Virus record (IMG/VR): IMGVR_UViG_3300004369_000011
Location: 1-64,000 of that record
From: a virus
Direction: 5' to 3' (one strand)
Length of the DNA: 64,000 nucleotides
Of this stretch, positions 1 through 9,552 are shown piece by piece. Position 1 is the first letter of the stretch, and the number at the start of each line of letters is the position of its first letter. The notes beneath the pieces were generated by a model. It did no database searches. It saw only the letters and a list, made by a program, of their open reading frames with translations, and was not told the DNA's origin. The position numbers were made by a program, and so were the translations under genes.

Positions 1-94
1 AAAATGGGCTTGAAGACCTACAGAAGTGCCAGTGGTATTTGAATAAACTACTGGAAAAGCTTATTTCAGCTAAACTAGAAAAAACTTTTTTCTA

Positions 95-379
95 ATGGAT
101 ATTCGCGCTTTTGGTTCTTATTACGGCCAGACGGCTCAGCTTCCTTACGCCAGTGGATTTGGGTACGTGCCTAGCGCAGGTCTTAAACGATTTCCAGCCT
201 GCCGCGCTATTTTTATCGAAAGCACGTCTAATAACTCTAAAGGTTATCTAACAGTTGAGATGGCGGATGCTCCCGGTCAGCACGTTACAGTTTTTAACCT
301 AGAAGGAAATCAGTTACTTCCGATTTCTTGTACGGCAGTGTTAAGCGGAACTGCTTCAGGTGTTTTTGTTCTTTACTAG
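95..379 (+). CDS. hypothetical protein
   Basis: 94-aa ORF, ATG start, TAAACT -10-like hexamer upstream. Confidence 0.6.
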   Translation: MDIRAFGSYYGQTAQLPYASGFGYVPSAGLKRFPACRAIFIESTSNNSKGYLTVEMADAPGQHVTVFNLEGNQLLPISCTAVLSGTASGVFVLY

Positions 380-381
380 AC

Positions 382-603
382 ATGGCGGAAGTTGCGAAAA
401 AACGAGATCCCGAAAAGTGGGCTCGTGCGAAAGCTAAGGCACGTAAGAAAATGGGCGGGCACAGTGCGCGGGCAATGCAACTTGCAGTGAAGTATTACAA
501 GGACGCTGGGGGAACTTACGAAGGAAAAAAATCTTCTACAAACCGACTCAAGCGTTGGGGTAAGGAAGATTGGCAGACGCGTGAAGAGTACGAAAAGAAA
601 TAA
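382..603 (+). CDS. small basic phage protein, N-terminal half of a DUF5872-like family
   Basis: ATG at 382 follows the previous stop; motifs SARAMQLAVKYYKDAGGTYEG and LKRWGKEDW. Confidence 0.6.
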   Translation: MAEVAKKRDPEKWARAKAKARKKMGGHSARAMQLAVKYYKDAGGTYEGKKSSTNRLKRWGKEDWQTREEYEKK

Positions 604-605
604 CC

Positions 606-824
606 ATGGCTGACGTAGCTCGTGAAAAAGGCCGCACCGAGAGATACCTACCTCGTTCTGCGTGGGCGTCATTGACCCCAGAACAACGTCGTGCAACAGA
701 CGAAAAGAAAAAACGTGCTACAGCGGGTAACAAACCCGTAAATACACAAGTTTCTAATACAGAAGTGGCTAAGAGAGCACGACGTAAAGCGTCGCAACAC
801 ATTAAAAATCGTTCTTCTACTTAA
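606..824 (+). CDS. small basic phage protein, C-terminal half of a DUF5872-like family
   Basis: motif ERYLPRSAWASLTPEQRRATDEKKK. Confidence 0.55.
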   Translation: MADVAREKGRTERYLPRSAWASLTPEQRRATDEKKKRATAGNKPVNTQVSNTEVAKRARRKASQHIKNRSST

Positions 825-894
825 TTTTCGGTGTTTCGTGTCTTTTTAGAAAGTACGATGAACGAAGTAGAATACCTTTAATCTCACAGGCGCA

Positions 895-1188
895 ATGAAC
901 CCCTACCTTAACGCTGCCCGTGACTTCTCCCTAGCGTTTAGGGCGCAAGTTCAAGCTTCTGATGCCCAGTCGCAGGCCACGGAGATGGCCGAACAGGATC
1001 AAGGATATGACGCGGACACTAGATCTTCCTTGCCTTATGGTGCTCCTCAGCCTCAGCAGGCGGGAGGTGTTGATGAGAGCTTAAATGGATTTGATGCAGA
1101 TGAGGATATGCGAGTAGATTACATGAAAAACGAAATGCTGCAAAAGGCTCAACAAAAAGCAGCTCAACGTGGTGTGCAACCCGTTTAG
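895..1188 (+). CDS. hypothetical Q/D-rich protein
   Basis: 97-aa ORF preceded by TAGAAT (868-873). Confidence 0.6.
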   Translation: MNPYLNAARDFSLAFRAQVQASDAQSQATEMAEQDQGYDADTRSSLPYGAPQPQQAGGVDESLNGFDADEDMRVDYMKNEMLQKAQQKAAQRGVQPV

Positions 1189-1219
1189 AGTTAGTATGGT
1201 GACAGCTTGATTCACCGCA

Positions 1220-2035
1220 GTGCTTTTAGACTGTTTTCCCTATTTCAACGAGAAAGAAATTTTAGAGCTGCGGATCGCCACGCTTTACGATCACGTAGAT
1301 GGTTTTTTAATTACTGACGCAAACCGGACGCATCGAGGAGAGGAGAAACCTTTTACAGCTTTAGATACACTTAAAGAACTTGGAATTAGTGACGAGAAAA
1401 TTCAAGTTCTTCACGTAGAGCTGCCCTCTTACGAAGAAGCTCCAGACCCGTGGATTCGAGAGCGCGGGCAACGAGACGCGTTAGGGGTTGGACTTCATAT
1501 GCTGCCTGACGATATCGTTTTTATCAGTTCTGACTGCGACGAAATAGTTAATCCAGCAAAACTTTCAGAGCTAATTGATTTAGTTGCAGAGCACAGCAAT
1601 TCTGTAATTAAATTAAGTATGTCCATGCACTACGGACGAGCTGATCGTCAACTCATAACGCCAGAAGGGCAATTACACAATTGGAGAAACGCAGTTGTTT
1701 CCACCGTGGGACACTTAAAAGAATTTGGAACGCTTTCCAGTATGAGAGCTAGCCAGGACAATATCTACTTTGGGGATCTAGACGCCGGGTGGCACTTTAG
1801 TTGGATGGGGGACGCAAATAGGAGACTTAAAAAACTTAAATCTTATGCACACTGGGAGACAGATCGACCTGATGTAGCAAAAACCTGCGAAAGATTTAAT
1901 GCTGACCTTGGATCTGCTGATATGTTGGGCCGCGAAGACCATTTAATTACGGATTATCCTACCGATGCTCTTCCTACAGCCCTGTGGAAGTTAGACCGCG
2001 TTAAATCTTTTTTGCTTCCTGAAGATGTTAATTGA
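1220..2035 (+). CDS. glycosyltransferase family 17 (GnT-III/MGAT3-like)
   Basis: DCFPYFNEKEILELRI, THRGEEK, QRDAL, SDCDEI (DxD) and GWHFSW motifs. Confidence 0.8.
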   Translation: MLLDCFPYFNEKEILELRIATLYDHVDGFLITDANRTHRGEEKPFTALDTLKELGISDEKIQVLHVELPSYEEAPDPWIRERGQRDALGVGLHMLPDDIVFISSDCDEIVNPAKLSELIDLVAEHSNSVIKLSMSMHYGRADRQLITPEGQLHNWRNAVVSTVGHLKEFGTLSSMRASQDNIYFGDLDAGWHFSWMGDANRRLKKLKSYAHWETDRPDVAKTCERFNADLGSADMLGREDHLITDYPTDALPTALWKLDRVKSFLLPEDVN

Positions 2036-2837
2036 TTGCTTTCCCTATTTTAATGAAAAGGAGTTACTAGAGCTTCGCATTAACGTGCTTAAAGACTATG
2101 TAGATGGTTTTATTATCGTTGATGCTGATAGAACTCACCGGGGAGAGCCAAAAGAGTTCACTTGCCAATCAACGATTAATCAACTTGGGTTGCCCAAAGA
2201 TCTAATAGAGGTCTTGCACGTAACTCTCCCTTCCGCAGAAGAAGTAGCAGATCCTTGGTTTCGAGAGAGAAGTCAGCGAGATGCTTTAACTGTCGCCCTT
2301 AATTTATTTTCTGAAGACACAGTTTTTATCTGTTCGGACTGCGATGAAATTCCTAACCCTAAAAAGCTCTTAGAAGCACAGGATTATTTAAAGAAACATA
2401 GTGATCGAATACTAGGTCTAAACATGTCTATGCACTACGGACGAGCTGATATGCAGCTCTGTTCTCCTACGGGGGAAATATTCAAATGGCCTTGTGCTAC
2501 CGTTTGCACAGTAAAAACACTTAAAAAATATGGTTCTGTTACTGGTATACGTTCTCAACCAAATCGAAAATTTTTAAACGGTTTGGACGGAGGGTGGCAT
2601 TTCAGCTGGATGGGGGATGTAGGTGCCCGTAAACTCAAGTTGAGATCAATTGCAGAATACTACTTATGGGATACAGAGGAAGTACGTAAGCGCTGTGCGG
2701 AGTTTGTACCCGTAGAGGGAACTGTGGACATGCTCGGACGTCAAGATCATGTTTTAACTTCTTTTCCCCTTGAGAATTTGCCTCCCGAAACGGTTAAAAT
2801 AGAACGAGTACGCCAGTTCCTTTTACCTGATGGCTAA
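2025..2837 (+). CDS. glycosyltransferase family 17, tandem paralog
   Basis: same motifs (SDCDEIP, GWHFSW); collinear with the upstream gene. Confidence 0.8.
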   Translation: MLIDCFPYFNEKELLELRINVLKDYVDGFIIVDADRTHRGEPKEFTCQSTINQLGLPKDLIEVLHVTLPSAEEVADPWFRERSQRDALTVALNLFSEDTVFICSDCDEIPNPKKLLEAQDYLKKHSDRILGLNMSMHYGRADMQLCSPTGEIFKWPCATVCTVKTLKKYGSVTGIRSQPNRKFLNGLDGGWHFSWMGDVGARKLKLRSIAEYYLWDTEEVRKRCAEFVPVEGTVDMLGRQDHVLTSFPLENLPPETVKIERVRQFLLPDG

Positions 2838-2985
2838 CAAAATGCCTCCCGAGCTTCTTGAGAAATTTCAAAAGGGGCGTAAAGAAGATTCTTCTTCTGA
2901 TGGCGACAAAACCAAAATGGACGCACGTAAGCGTGCTCGCGCCAAAGCCCGCAAAGCGAAAGCTGCCCGTGGCAACCAAGGTTAA
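2830..2985 (+). CDS. small basic protein, not in ORF track (MANKMPPELLEKFQKG...KARKAKAARGNQG)
   Basis: 51-aa ORF read by hand; overlaps the GT17 stop and fills the gap before the portal. Confidence 0.55.
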   Translation: MANKMPPELLEKFQKGRKEDSSSDGDKTKMDARKRARAKARKAKAARGNQG

Positions 2986-3003
2986 TAACCCTCTGTGAAT
3001 TGA

Positions 3004-5229
3004 ATGCCTAGTTCACTCGACATCCGCAATCGCTTCACTGAAATCCTAGAGGCGTCTCGCACTCAGGATCGTTCGAAGCAAGCTGCAACAATGGTGGTGT
3101 TAAGCCATCTGCAGCAGATGACCCTTCTTATGATCAAGAAGGGTCTGACTTTTTTCTGCGACCAAGACACTTACAAAAGCCGAACTAGGTTTTTAACGGA
3201 TGTCATTGCTCTTAATAAGCTAGACATTCGTTTTCCTGCAATTATTCGAAATTTTTTAATCGATGGTTGCGGACTGTTTTATTTTCGACCTGATCCCAAA
3301 CTTAAGTATCAAATTTATTTCTTTAACAAGGACCAGTATCGGGTTTATCACGATATCAATGGCGAAGTTGAAGAAGTCATTATTATTTATAGCTATAAAG
3401 TTAAAAATAAAAATCTAGGGCTTCCTAGTAACGCTTACGGGCAGAACAAGCGTTATGTACGCTTAGCCATTACGGCAGAAGAAATAAGTGAAGTTGAAGC
3501 TGACAGTGAGCTTAGTTTTGAATTAGAGCCAGGAGCAATTTTAGCGCCTCAAAAAACACGACCTAACACACTTGGGTTTGTGCCTGCTGTTGAGGTACTG
3601 AATAAGCCGAGTGCTAGTGGAACAGAAGGAGAAGGAGAGTTCGACCCTTTTATGGAGCAGATCGTCATGCACGATATGCTTCTACAGAATATGTCTAAGA
3701 ACATCGAGTTCTTTGGTAACCCGACACTTATTAGTTCTCGTCCTAGGAGTGATCTTGTCGAAGCCTCTGACGCTCAGAGTTCTTTTCGACCAACTATCTC
3801 CAGTCAAAGTGGTTTTGGGGGTAGAGACTCACCTTCAACTCGGGTTAGTGAGCCTTTTGGGGCTTCGATGGGCGGTGGTCTCCGCGTTCCTCGAATCATT
3901 GCGAACGTTGAGCCTTCTGATCGAGTTGGCTACATGACGCCAGACCCCATTAGTGGGGACATGAATCGGTACGCTCTAATTGTTCGAGAGGAAATCCGAA
4001 CGGCTCTTGGCGGCGTTGATGAAATTTCAATCTCAGCTGGGGCCACGGCAACTGAGATTAAAGGCTTAATGGGTCGTGCTCAAGCCACGGCTCTTCGTAA
4101 GAACAAAAGTTTCTTGACTTATGGATTCTGTCGTCTACTGGAGATGATGGTCTACCACCAGGAAATAATTTTCCGGGAGTCTTTCATCGCTGCTGCAGGA
4201 CTGAAGGAACCTACTCCCCCTAAGGAGCAAACTGAAGAAAGTCTGGAGAAGTATCAGAGGTTGCTTGCTCGTTTTAACGACAAAGTAAACGAAACGATGC
4301 GTTCTTCGCTTACTGAAAATAAAGTACCCCGTGGGGTTATTGGGCTACCTGAAGACGGAGACCGTTCTGTTACATATCGTTTTCAGGGTGACGTTTATGA
4401 AGATACCGCCTATGATGTTAATCAGAAGTCCATCGTTGTACGAAATCTTCAGGAGTTGGGTGTCGATAGTATCGAAGCCCTCAAGTTTCTTTTCCCTGAA
4501 AAGAACGATTCCGAACGGGCTGAAATGCTGAAAGGCTTTCCATTCCGTATGGTCCAGCAAACTCAAGCAGCAATGCAACAGTTTCTGGTATTATTAACTC
4601 AGATGTTGCAGTCTCCGCACCCTCTTGCGCCTGATCAGCCTCTTGCGGCTGACCCTAGACTGAATATCACTCCGCTCCTTTACAGGACCTTCGACCACCT
4701 CGCGGAAGAATTAACTTACTCGGGTAGCTATGAGCCAGCAGATCCAAGCTTCGATCCCGAGCCCGGTCTCCCCGGCGGTAGCCCCGGCGGTACCTTCAGA
4801 CCAGGGCTCAACCGTTTACCCCCAGTGGGTGGCGCAAACCTCTACCCCGGCGGTAGCTTCGGTAACTACAGCCCAACCGCCGTCGCAGGTACAACAGGGT
4901 TCGGCCCCTTCTATCAATCACCAGTACAACCCGTCAACGTCTCCATACTCCCCAACGAACCCATGGGAGGCGGCAATGGGTTCGCTGGAGCGGGTGCTGC
5001 AGCAGATTCCTTCTCAGTACCCCAGCCAGGCTCAACCGTCTCTTTACCAGACGGCGCAGCCGGATATTCCAGCCGCCAATCAGCCTTCACAGGTCCAGCC
5101 TTGGGCCTACCAAGCACCCCAGGCAGCCCCGACCTACGCTACCAACGTCTCACCGACCCAGACTTCCTCTCCGGTTTCTACGGACAACAGCAGCCACGCT
5201 CTAACCGGAGTAAGCGCAGAGGTCGTTAG
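3004..5229 (+). CDS. probable portal protein with P/G-rich C-terminal extension
   Basis: size and position upstream of scaffold and MCP; helical core; inference from synteny. Confidence 0.6.
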   Translation: MPSSLDIRNRFTEILEASRTQDRSKQAATMVVLSHLQQMTLLMIKKGLTFFCDQDTYKSRTRFLTDVIALNKLDIRFPAIIRNFLIDGCGLFYFRPDPKLKYQIYFFNKDQYRVYHDINGEVEEVIIIYSYKVKNKNLGLPSNAYGQNKRYVRLAITAEEISEVEADSELSFELEPGAILAPQKTRPNTLGFVPAVEVLNKPSASGTEGEGEFDPFMEQIVMHDMLLQNMSKNIEFFGNPTLISSRPRSDLVEASDAQSSFRPTISSQSGFGGRDSPSTRVSEPFGASMGGGLRVPRIIANVEPSDRVGYMTPDPISGDMNRYALIVREEIRTALGGVDEISISAGATATEIKGLMGRAQATALRKNKSFLTYGFCRLLEMMVYHQEIIFRESFIAAAGLKEPTPPKEQTEESLEKYQRLLARFNDKVNETMRSSLTENKVPRGVIGLPEDGDRSVTYRFQGDVYEDTAYDVNQKSIVVRNLQELGVDSIEALKFLFPEKNDSERAEMLKGFPFRMVQQTQAAMQQFLVLLTQMLQSPHPLAPDQPLAADPRLNITPLLYRTFDHLAEELTYSGSYEPADPSFDPEPGLPGGSPGGTFRPGLNRLPPVGGANLYPGGSFGNYSPTAVAGTTGFGPFYQSPVQPVNVSILPNEPMGGGNGFAGAGAAADSFSVPQPGSTVSLPDGAAGYSSRQSAFTGPALGLPSTPGSPDLRYQRLTDPDFLSGFYGQQQPRSNRSKRRGR

Positions 5230-5656
5230 GCATTTTGGTATTGAGGCCCCCGGCATCCTCAATCAGTACTCCTGTGCTCTGGAGGACATGCTGATCTCCC
5301 AGGCTCATCGTATGGATGGCCTGAACGCTCGGTCTTCTGCCATGGAGACTATTTTGACTGACCCTGATCACCTAGCCAATTACACCGACCGTTTCTTCAC
5401 GGAGGTCTACCCCGTGGATATCGACGGTACTCAGGCTATGGAAGCAAGGCAGCCTGTTCAGCAGTATCAGCCCAGCTATGACATGCCCGCACCTCCGGCT
5501 AACGTCGGCGGTTCTTCCCAGGGCGGTAACACTCAGCACGCTTGGCAGGCGTTCTCTGAAGTGATGAACCGTTCTCCTGAGAACGCATGGCGCTACCTGA
5601 GCCAGATGCCCTCTGACGCATTGCGCAGCAAACTTCTGTTTATGGAAGGCGCTTGA
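4730..5656 (+). CDS. probable capsid scaffolding protein
   Basis: Q/P/S-rich N-terminus, helical C-terminus, lies between portal and MCP, followed by a terminator. Confidence 0.55.
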   Translation: MSQQIQASIPSPVSPAVAPAVPSDQGSTVYPQWVAQTSTPAVASVTTAQPPSQVQQGSAPSINHQYNPSTSPYSPTNPWEAAMGSLERVLQQIPSQYPSQAQPSLYQTAQPDIPAANQPSQVQPWAYQAPQAAPTYATNVSPTQTSSPVSTDNSSHALTGVSAEVVRHFGIEAPGILNQYSCALEDMLISQAHRMDGLNARSSAMETILTDPDHLANYTDRFFTEVYPVDIDGTQAMEARQPVQQYQPSYDMPAPPANVGGSSQGGNTQHAWQAFSEVMNRSPENAWRYLSQMPSDALRSKLLFMEGA

Positions 5657-5676
5657 TTTAAATCAGCGTACATATT

Positions 5677-5705
5677 AAAACGCCCCCTCTAGTAGGGGGT
5701 TTTTT
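5677..5705 (+). terminator. intrinsic terminator
   Basis: CCCCCT-ctagt-AGGGGG stem followed by a T-run. Confidence 0.8.
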
Positions 5706-5739
5706 GTTTGCTAGACTTGAAAAAATAGCAACGTTACCG

Positions 5740-5871
5740 ATGCGTGCTTTAGGTGATGTAAGGCGTAAGGCTCCTTTAGAGCCCACAAAGGCGGAGACTC
5801 CTCAGCCTGTTCAAGAGACTCCCGTCGAGGAATCAGACGAATCCTTTGAAGAATCCGTCGAGATTCTCTGA
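5740..5871 (+). CDS. small acidic protein, not in ORF track (MRALGDVRRKAPLEP...)
   Basis: 43-aa ORF with TAGACT upstream; converges on and overlaps the holin-like gene. Confidence 0.4.
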   Translation: MRALGDVRRKAPLEPTKAETPQPVQETPVEESDESFEESVEIL

Positions 5872-6203
5872 ATGTTCTCCAAAGTTACTTTTTCAAAGTG
5901 ACTTTCTATTTTCTTTTCGACAAACTTTTCGCCTGTCGTTAAGATGCGTACTCCGGCGTAACCACAGATAAATGAAACCGCAAGGGCTTCTTTTTCTGTC
6001 AGCTTAAATCGTTCTGCTACTGCCGGACTGACAAATTTGGCTAGTAGGTAACCCGCTACTAGAGCTTTGATTAGATAGGGCACCAGTTTTTTTATCCCGC
6101 GTGGGTGCATTATCGCGTCTGTTACGGATCCAGAAAAAGCCGCTAAGGCTATCTCAGGGTCGTTACAGACTACTGAGAGGATACGAGTTCCAAAGGAGGT
6201 CAT
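5811..6203 (-). CDS. putative holin (LydA-like membrane protein)
   Basis: 2-3 hydrophobic segments, AVSFICGYAG motif, charged C-terminal tail. Confidence 0.5.
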   Translation of the reverse strand: MTSFGTRILSVVCNDPEIALAAFSGSVTDAIMHPRGIKKLVPYLIKALVAGYLLAKFVSPAVAERFKLTEKEALAVSFICGYAGVRILTTGEKFVEKKIESHFEKVTLENIQRISTDSSKDSSDSSTGVS

Positions 6204-6276
6204 ATCCCCTAATTTATCTACTTGTAGTTTAAAGGATGTTCGTTGCCTTTAGGATGGATGTAAAAGGAGGGTAAAA

Positions 6277-7053
6277 ATGACGTACGGCGTATTTACAAAC
6301 TGGCGTTATGACAAAAATCTTTATCACTCCATTCAATCAGGTCCTCAGCGTACTGGAGACAATTTAAATCTTAGAGATACTTACTTAGCTGTTTCTAGTG
6401 GTTATGTCATGCCTGGCGGAGGCCAGCAGACGTTTCAAGGGGTTAATGACGAAGGTGCAGATTTTGGAGTTATTCGTCTAGGTCCTCCTAATTTAAGTGG
6501 GTATCTAACTACAGACTGGCGTCAAGTTCCTCCTGCTGTATCTGGTTATTGGAATAATTACGAAAGTACAAATCCCACGGCGTCTGGCCTTCTTACTTCC
6601 TACCAAGGTTATCGTCGGCAAGGTCTTTACCACGTTGCTAATGCAACGGTACAAACGGCCTTTGGTCCGGAACCCGGTTTAAAAGATATCGGACCCTATA
6701 CCTGGTTCGGCGCCGCTGTTCCAGATAATCAAAACTACGATCCTTTTCAAACGCCCAGCTCGAACACAGCTGAGCAAGGAAGTACGGGAGGTCCTAATTC
6801 CTACCCACGGGCTCGTTTTCCGACATTGACTAATCCGACAAACGATGCGTCCGGGTCACGCGCACCTTGGGAGTACCACCAGCCCGTCTATTGCCAGACT
6901 TTTTCTGAAGCTGTTCGATCTGATCAACCTGGCCAGATGAGCACTGTTATCCGTAGTATGTACCGGGGTCGGTCAAGTAGGTACGTACCAAATTATGGTG
7001 CGGTGTATGGTGTGCTGGGTGAAGGTGTCCGAGGGATGATTCGTCGCATTTAA
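6277..7053 (+). CDS. putative virion structural protein
   Basis: strong AGGAGG RBS; G/Y/P-rich; directly upstream of MCP. Confidence 0.5.
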   Translation: MTYGVFTNWRYDKNLYHSIQSGPQRTGDNLNLRDTYLAVSSGYVMPGGGQQTFQGVNDEGADFGVIRLGPPNLSGYLTTDWRQVPPAVSGYWNNYESTNPTASGLLTSYQGYRRQGLYHVANATVQTAFGPEPGLKDIGPYTWFGAAVPDNQNYDPFQTPSSNTAEQGSTGGPNSYPRARFPTLTNPTNDASGSRAPWEYHQPVYCQTFSEAVRSDQPGQMSTVIRSMYRGRSSRYVPNYGAVYGVLGEGVRGMIRRI

Positions 7054-7132
7054 CGCTATAAATGCGACACACGTAGGTTTCTATACCGTATGAGCGATTA
7101 CAATTTACTTGTAGTTTCTACGGAACTTATCG

Positions 7133-8248
7133 ATGTTTATCGATAATGATTTTCCGAAGATTCTGGGCGCGGAACTTTACCGTCCGCATCCTGCATACAT
7201 CGTAGAGATGGCTGCAGAACCCGTGGTTGTTCACGATTTTTCGAAACAACCCGGTCAGACGGTACAACTCGACCGCTACCGTTTCTTCGGTAACCCTGGT
7301 TCAAAAGAGTCTCGGGAGCGTACGGCAGAGCAGACCATCGGTACTGCTAACAGCCGTAACATCGTTAAGGACAAAGTGCAGGTTACTCTTCGTGAGTACA
7401 CCGGTCCTGCTGACCCTAGCGATCCTACCCAACCCAGCACTTTCAAGATTGCTCGGGAAACTCTGATTACTGCCCAGCGTTTGCTGCTGGACACCGGTAA
7501 TCTGACAACCTTCCACCAATCGATCGGTAGCCTCACCCTTCTTGACGATTATCGTCGTTGGCGTGATCGGGTGTTCATCAACGAACTCCTTAAGGCTGTT
7601 TCCAAAGGTCAGTCCACGGATACCCAAGGCGGTTACTACTTCCCTGGTAACCTCGCCACTGGCGCTCTGACCTACACCAACGCCGAACAAGCTAAGTTCG
7701 ACGTTAAGGATGACCTCCTCCGCGTGGTCAAATCTCTGCGTAAGCGCAACACTCCGACCTACCAGGACGGTTTCTATCGCTGCGTTTGCGATCCTACTTT
7801 CCTGATGCACCTGCGTCAGAACAGCGACTTCCGTGAGGTGGCTCGTTACCCCGGTAACGGTCAGATCAACCCTCTCATGTCCGCGATGCAGCCTAACGCT
7901 GCACTGTACATGGGTCAGGGCTTCGGCCAAGCTACTTTTGTGGCTGGCGAACCGATCATGCCGACCGGTTTCGTGTTTGAGGGTGTGCGCTTCTTCGAGT
8001 CGACTAACATGCCGACTCAGACTCAGAGCGCTACTGTTGCCTCTGTCTCCACAGATTACAATGCCGCTATCGGCATGTTCTTTGGTCCTCAGGCTGTTGG
8101 AGTGGGCATCGGCGGCAACAATGCCCAAGTGCTCCTCAACAACAATGATGACTTCAGCCGTTTCATTATGATGATTTGGAGCCTGTACGCAGGTTTCGAA
8201 CTTCTGAACGCTGATTTCATCACAGTTGCCTACTCTTTCGACGCTTGA
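7133..8248 (+). CDS. major capsid protein (HK97 fold, N4 gp56-like)
   Basis: 371 aa, strongly biased codons; PGQTVQLDRY, GVRFFESTN, FGPQAVG and DDFSRF motifs. Confidence 0.8.
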   Translation: MFIDNDFPKILGAELYRPHPAYIVEMAAEPVVVHDFSKQPGQTVQLDRYRFFGNPGSKESRERTAEQTIGTANSRNIVKDKVQVTLREYTGPADPSDPTQPSTFKIARETLITAQRLLLDTGNLTTFHQSIGSLTLLDDYRRWRDRVFINELLKAVSKGQSTDTQGGYYFPGNLATGALTYTNAEQAKFDVKDDLLRVVKSLRKRNTPTYQDGFYRCVCDPTFLMHLRQNSDFREVARYPGNGQINPLMSAMQPNAALYMGQGFGQATFVAGEPIMPTGFVFEGVRFFESTNMPTQTQSATVASVSTDYNAAIGMFFGPQAVGVGIGGNNAQVLLNNNDDFSRFIMMIWSLYAGFELLNADFITVAYSFDA

Positions 8249-8262
8249 AGAGGTAACCAACA

Positions 8263-9141
8263 ATGACGATCAACTCTAACCAGTTACAAGTTGCCAAGAT
8301 TTATCCTGGTAACTACACCAACGTTCTTCGTTACTGGCACGAAGAAAAGACCGTTCAGTATGACAATGCGAACGGTGTTCCAACCACTCTTACCGGACAG
8401 CCTGTCGGCGGTCCTGTCGGTGTGGTGTTCCGTCCCGGCTGGATTGCTCAGCAGGCTATTGGTTATGTTGACCTGAGCTACCAAGCTCTGGGCACCAACA
8501 ACCAATTGGAGTACTACACCCAGCCTTATGGCTCGGGTCAGAATAGTGCTACTCAGCCTTTCCTGAACGCTAACGTCATCATTCCTTCACCTGATTTCCA
8601 CAAGGATATTCGGGCTGACATCACTGATGGCATCAAAGCTCCCGCTGGCGCTTTTGTTTACCGCGCTTCTCTCCGTCTTGACGGTGGTGATGTGGTCAGC
8701 AGCGGCGTGGCCGGCGGATCTGCTACTCCTCAACTGACTCTGGTTCCCGCTGTGGGTGCTGGTCTTCGTAACACAACCACGGTTGTTTCCGGTCAGTTCG
8801 GTGTGTCCTTGACAGGCGCTACTAGTCGAATTGCTAATGGTTCTACCGCTTCGGTAAACATTATCGATTCCAGTTCACTGTCTGCTCTGGGTGCTGAGAC
8901 TCAGTGGAAACTGTTCGCTACCTCCGATCTTGGCGGTGCGGCAGCTTCCGGTCTGGCGCAAGGTTCCGGCGTGTACGATCCTCGTGCCGGTGCGAACCGT
9001 TTGGCAGGTAAGAATAAGGCTCTCGCAATTTGCGAAGTTTGCTGGATTCTTCCTGACAAAGCTCCTGAGCGTTCCGATCTTGCCCTCCAACCCGGCGGCT
9101 TGATCGAGTCCAATGCCTTCACCTCAACTGTTCCTACCTGA
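8263..9141 (+). CDS. probable capsid decoration/minor capsid protein
   Basis: co-transcribed after MCP (GAGG RBS), same codon bias, followed by a terminator. Confidence 0.55.
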   Translation: MTINSNQLQVAKIYPGNYTNVLRYWHEEKTVQYDNANGVPTTLTGQPVGGPVGVVFRPGWIAQQAIGYVDLSYQALGTNNQLEYYTQPYGSGQNSATQPFLNANVIIPSPDFHKDIRADITDGIKAPAGAFVYRASLRLDGGDVVSSGVAGGSATPQLTLVPAVGAGLRNTTTVVSGQFGVSLTGATSRIANGSTASVNIIDSSSLSALGAETQWKLFATSDLGGAAASGLAQGSGVYDPRAGANRLAGKNKALAICEVCWILPDKAPERSDLALQPGGLIESNAFTSTVPT

Positions 9142-9159
9142 TTTTTTCAGGAATTAACG

Positions 9160-9188
9160 ACCCCTTGCTTCGGTAAGGGGTTTTTTTT
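9160..9188 (+). terminator. intrinsic terminator
   Basis: ACCCCTTGC-ttcg-GTAAGGGGT stem with UUCG loop followed by a T-run. Confidence 0.9.
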
Positions 9189-9278
9189 GTCTTGAAATAA
9201 AAATTTTGGCTTAATTTATGCAGCCTATTTTAATAATCAGAGGCATAGTTTAGAAGAAAAGTACGCTTCCTACTTTTT

Positions 9279-9542
9279 ATGTCAGATCGTGCACTGTCAG
9301 ATTTAAAACTTGCGCGTAAAGAATGCGCTCGGTGTGGGGCTACCTGGCTGAATGGCTGTCACCACTGGGCCACAGGTTGCGTGGGTAATGAGTTGGATCT
9401 TGCTTCTCTCGTTTGCAACGAAGTAAATGACCCAGAGTGTATAAATCCGAAGAAAGGAAGTACCGGAGGGGACACTTGGGCAAAACGTAGCGCTTTTATA
9501 GAAGAAGCGTTACACAAAGTTAAAGCTCAGTTCGAAGTGTAA
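9279..9542 (+). CDS. Cys-rich hypothetical protein
   Basis: CxxC plus further Cys/His residues. Confidence 0.6.
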   Translation: MSDRALSDLKLARKECARCGATWLNGCHHWATGCVGNELDLASLVCNEVNDPECINPKKGSTGGDTWAKRSAFIEEALHKVKAQFEV

Positions 9543-9552
9543 GCTTTTAAAA

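Noticed and set aside
7301-8263. 320-aa antisense ORF over the major capsid gene
   Set aside because: In-register shadow of a strongly codon-biased gene; no RBS and no recognisable motifs.
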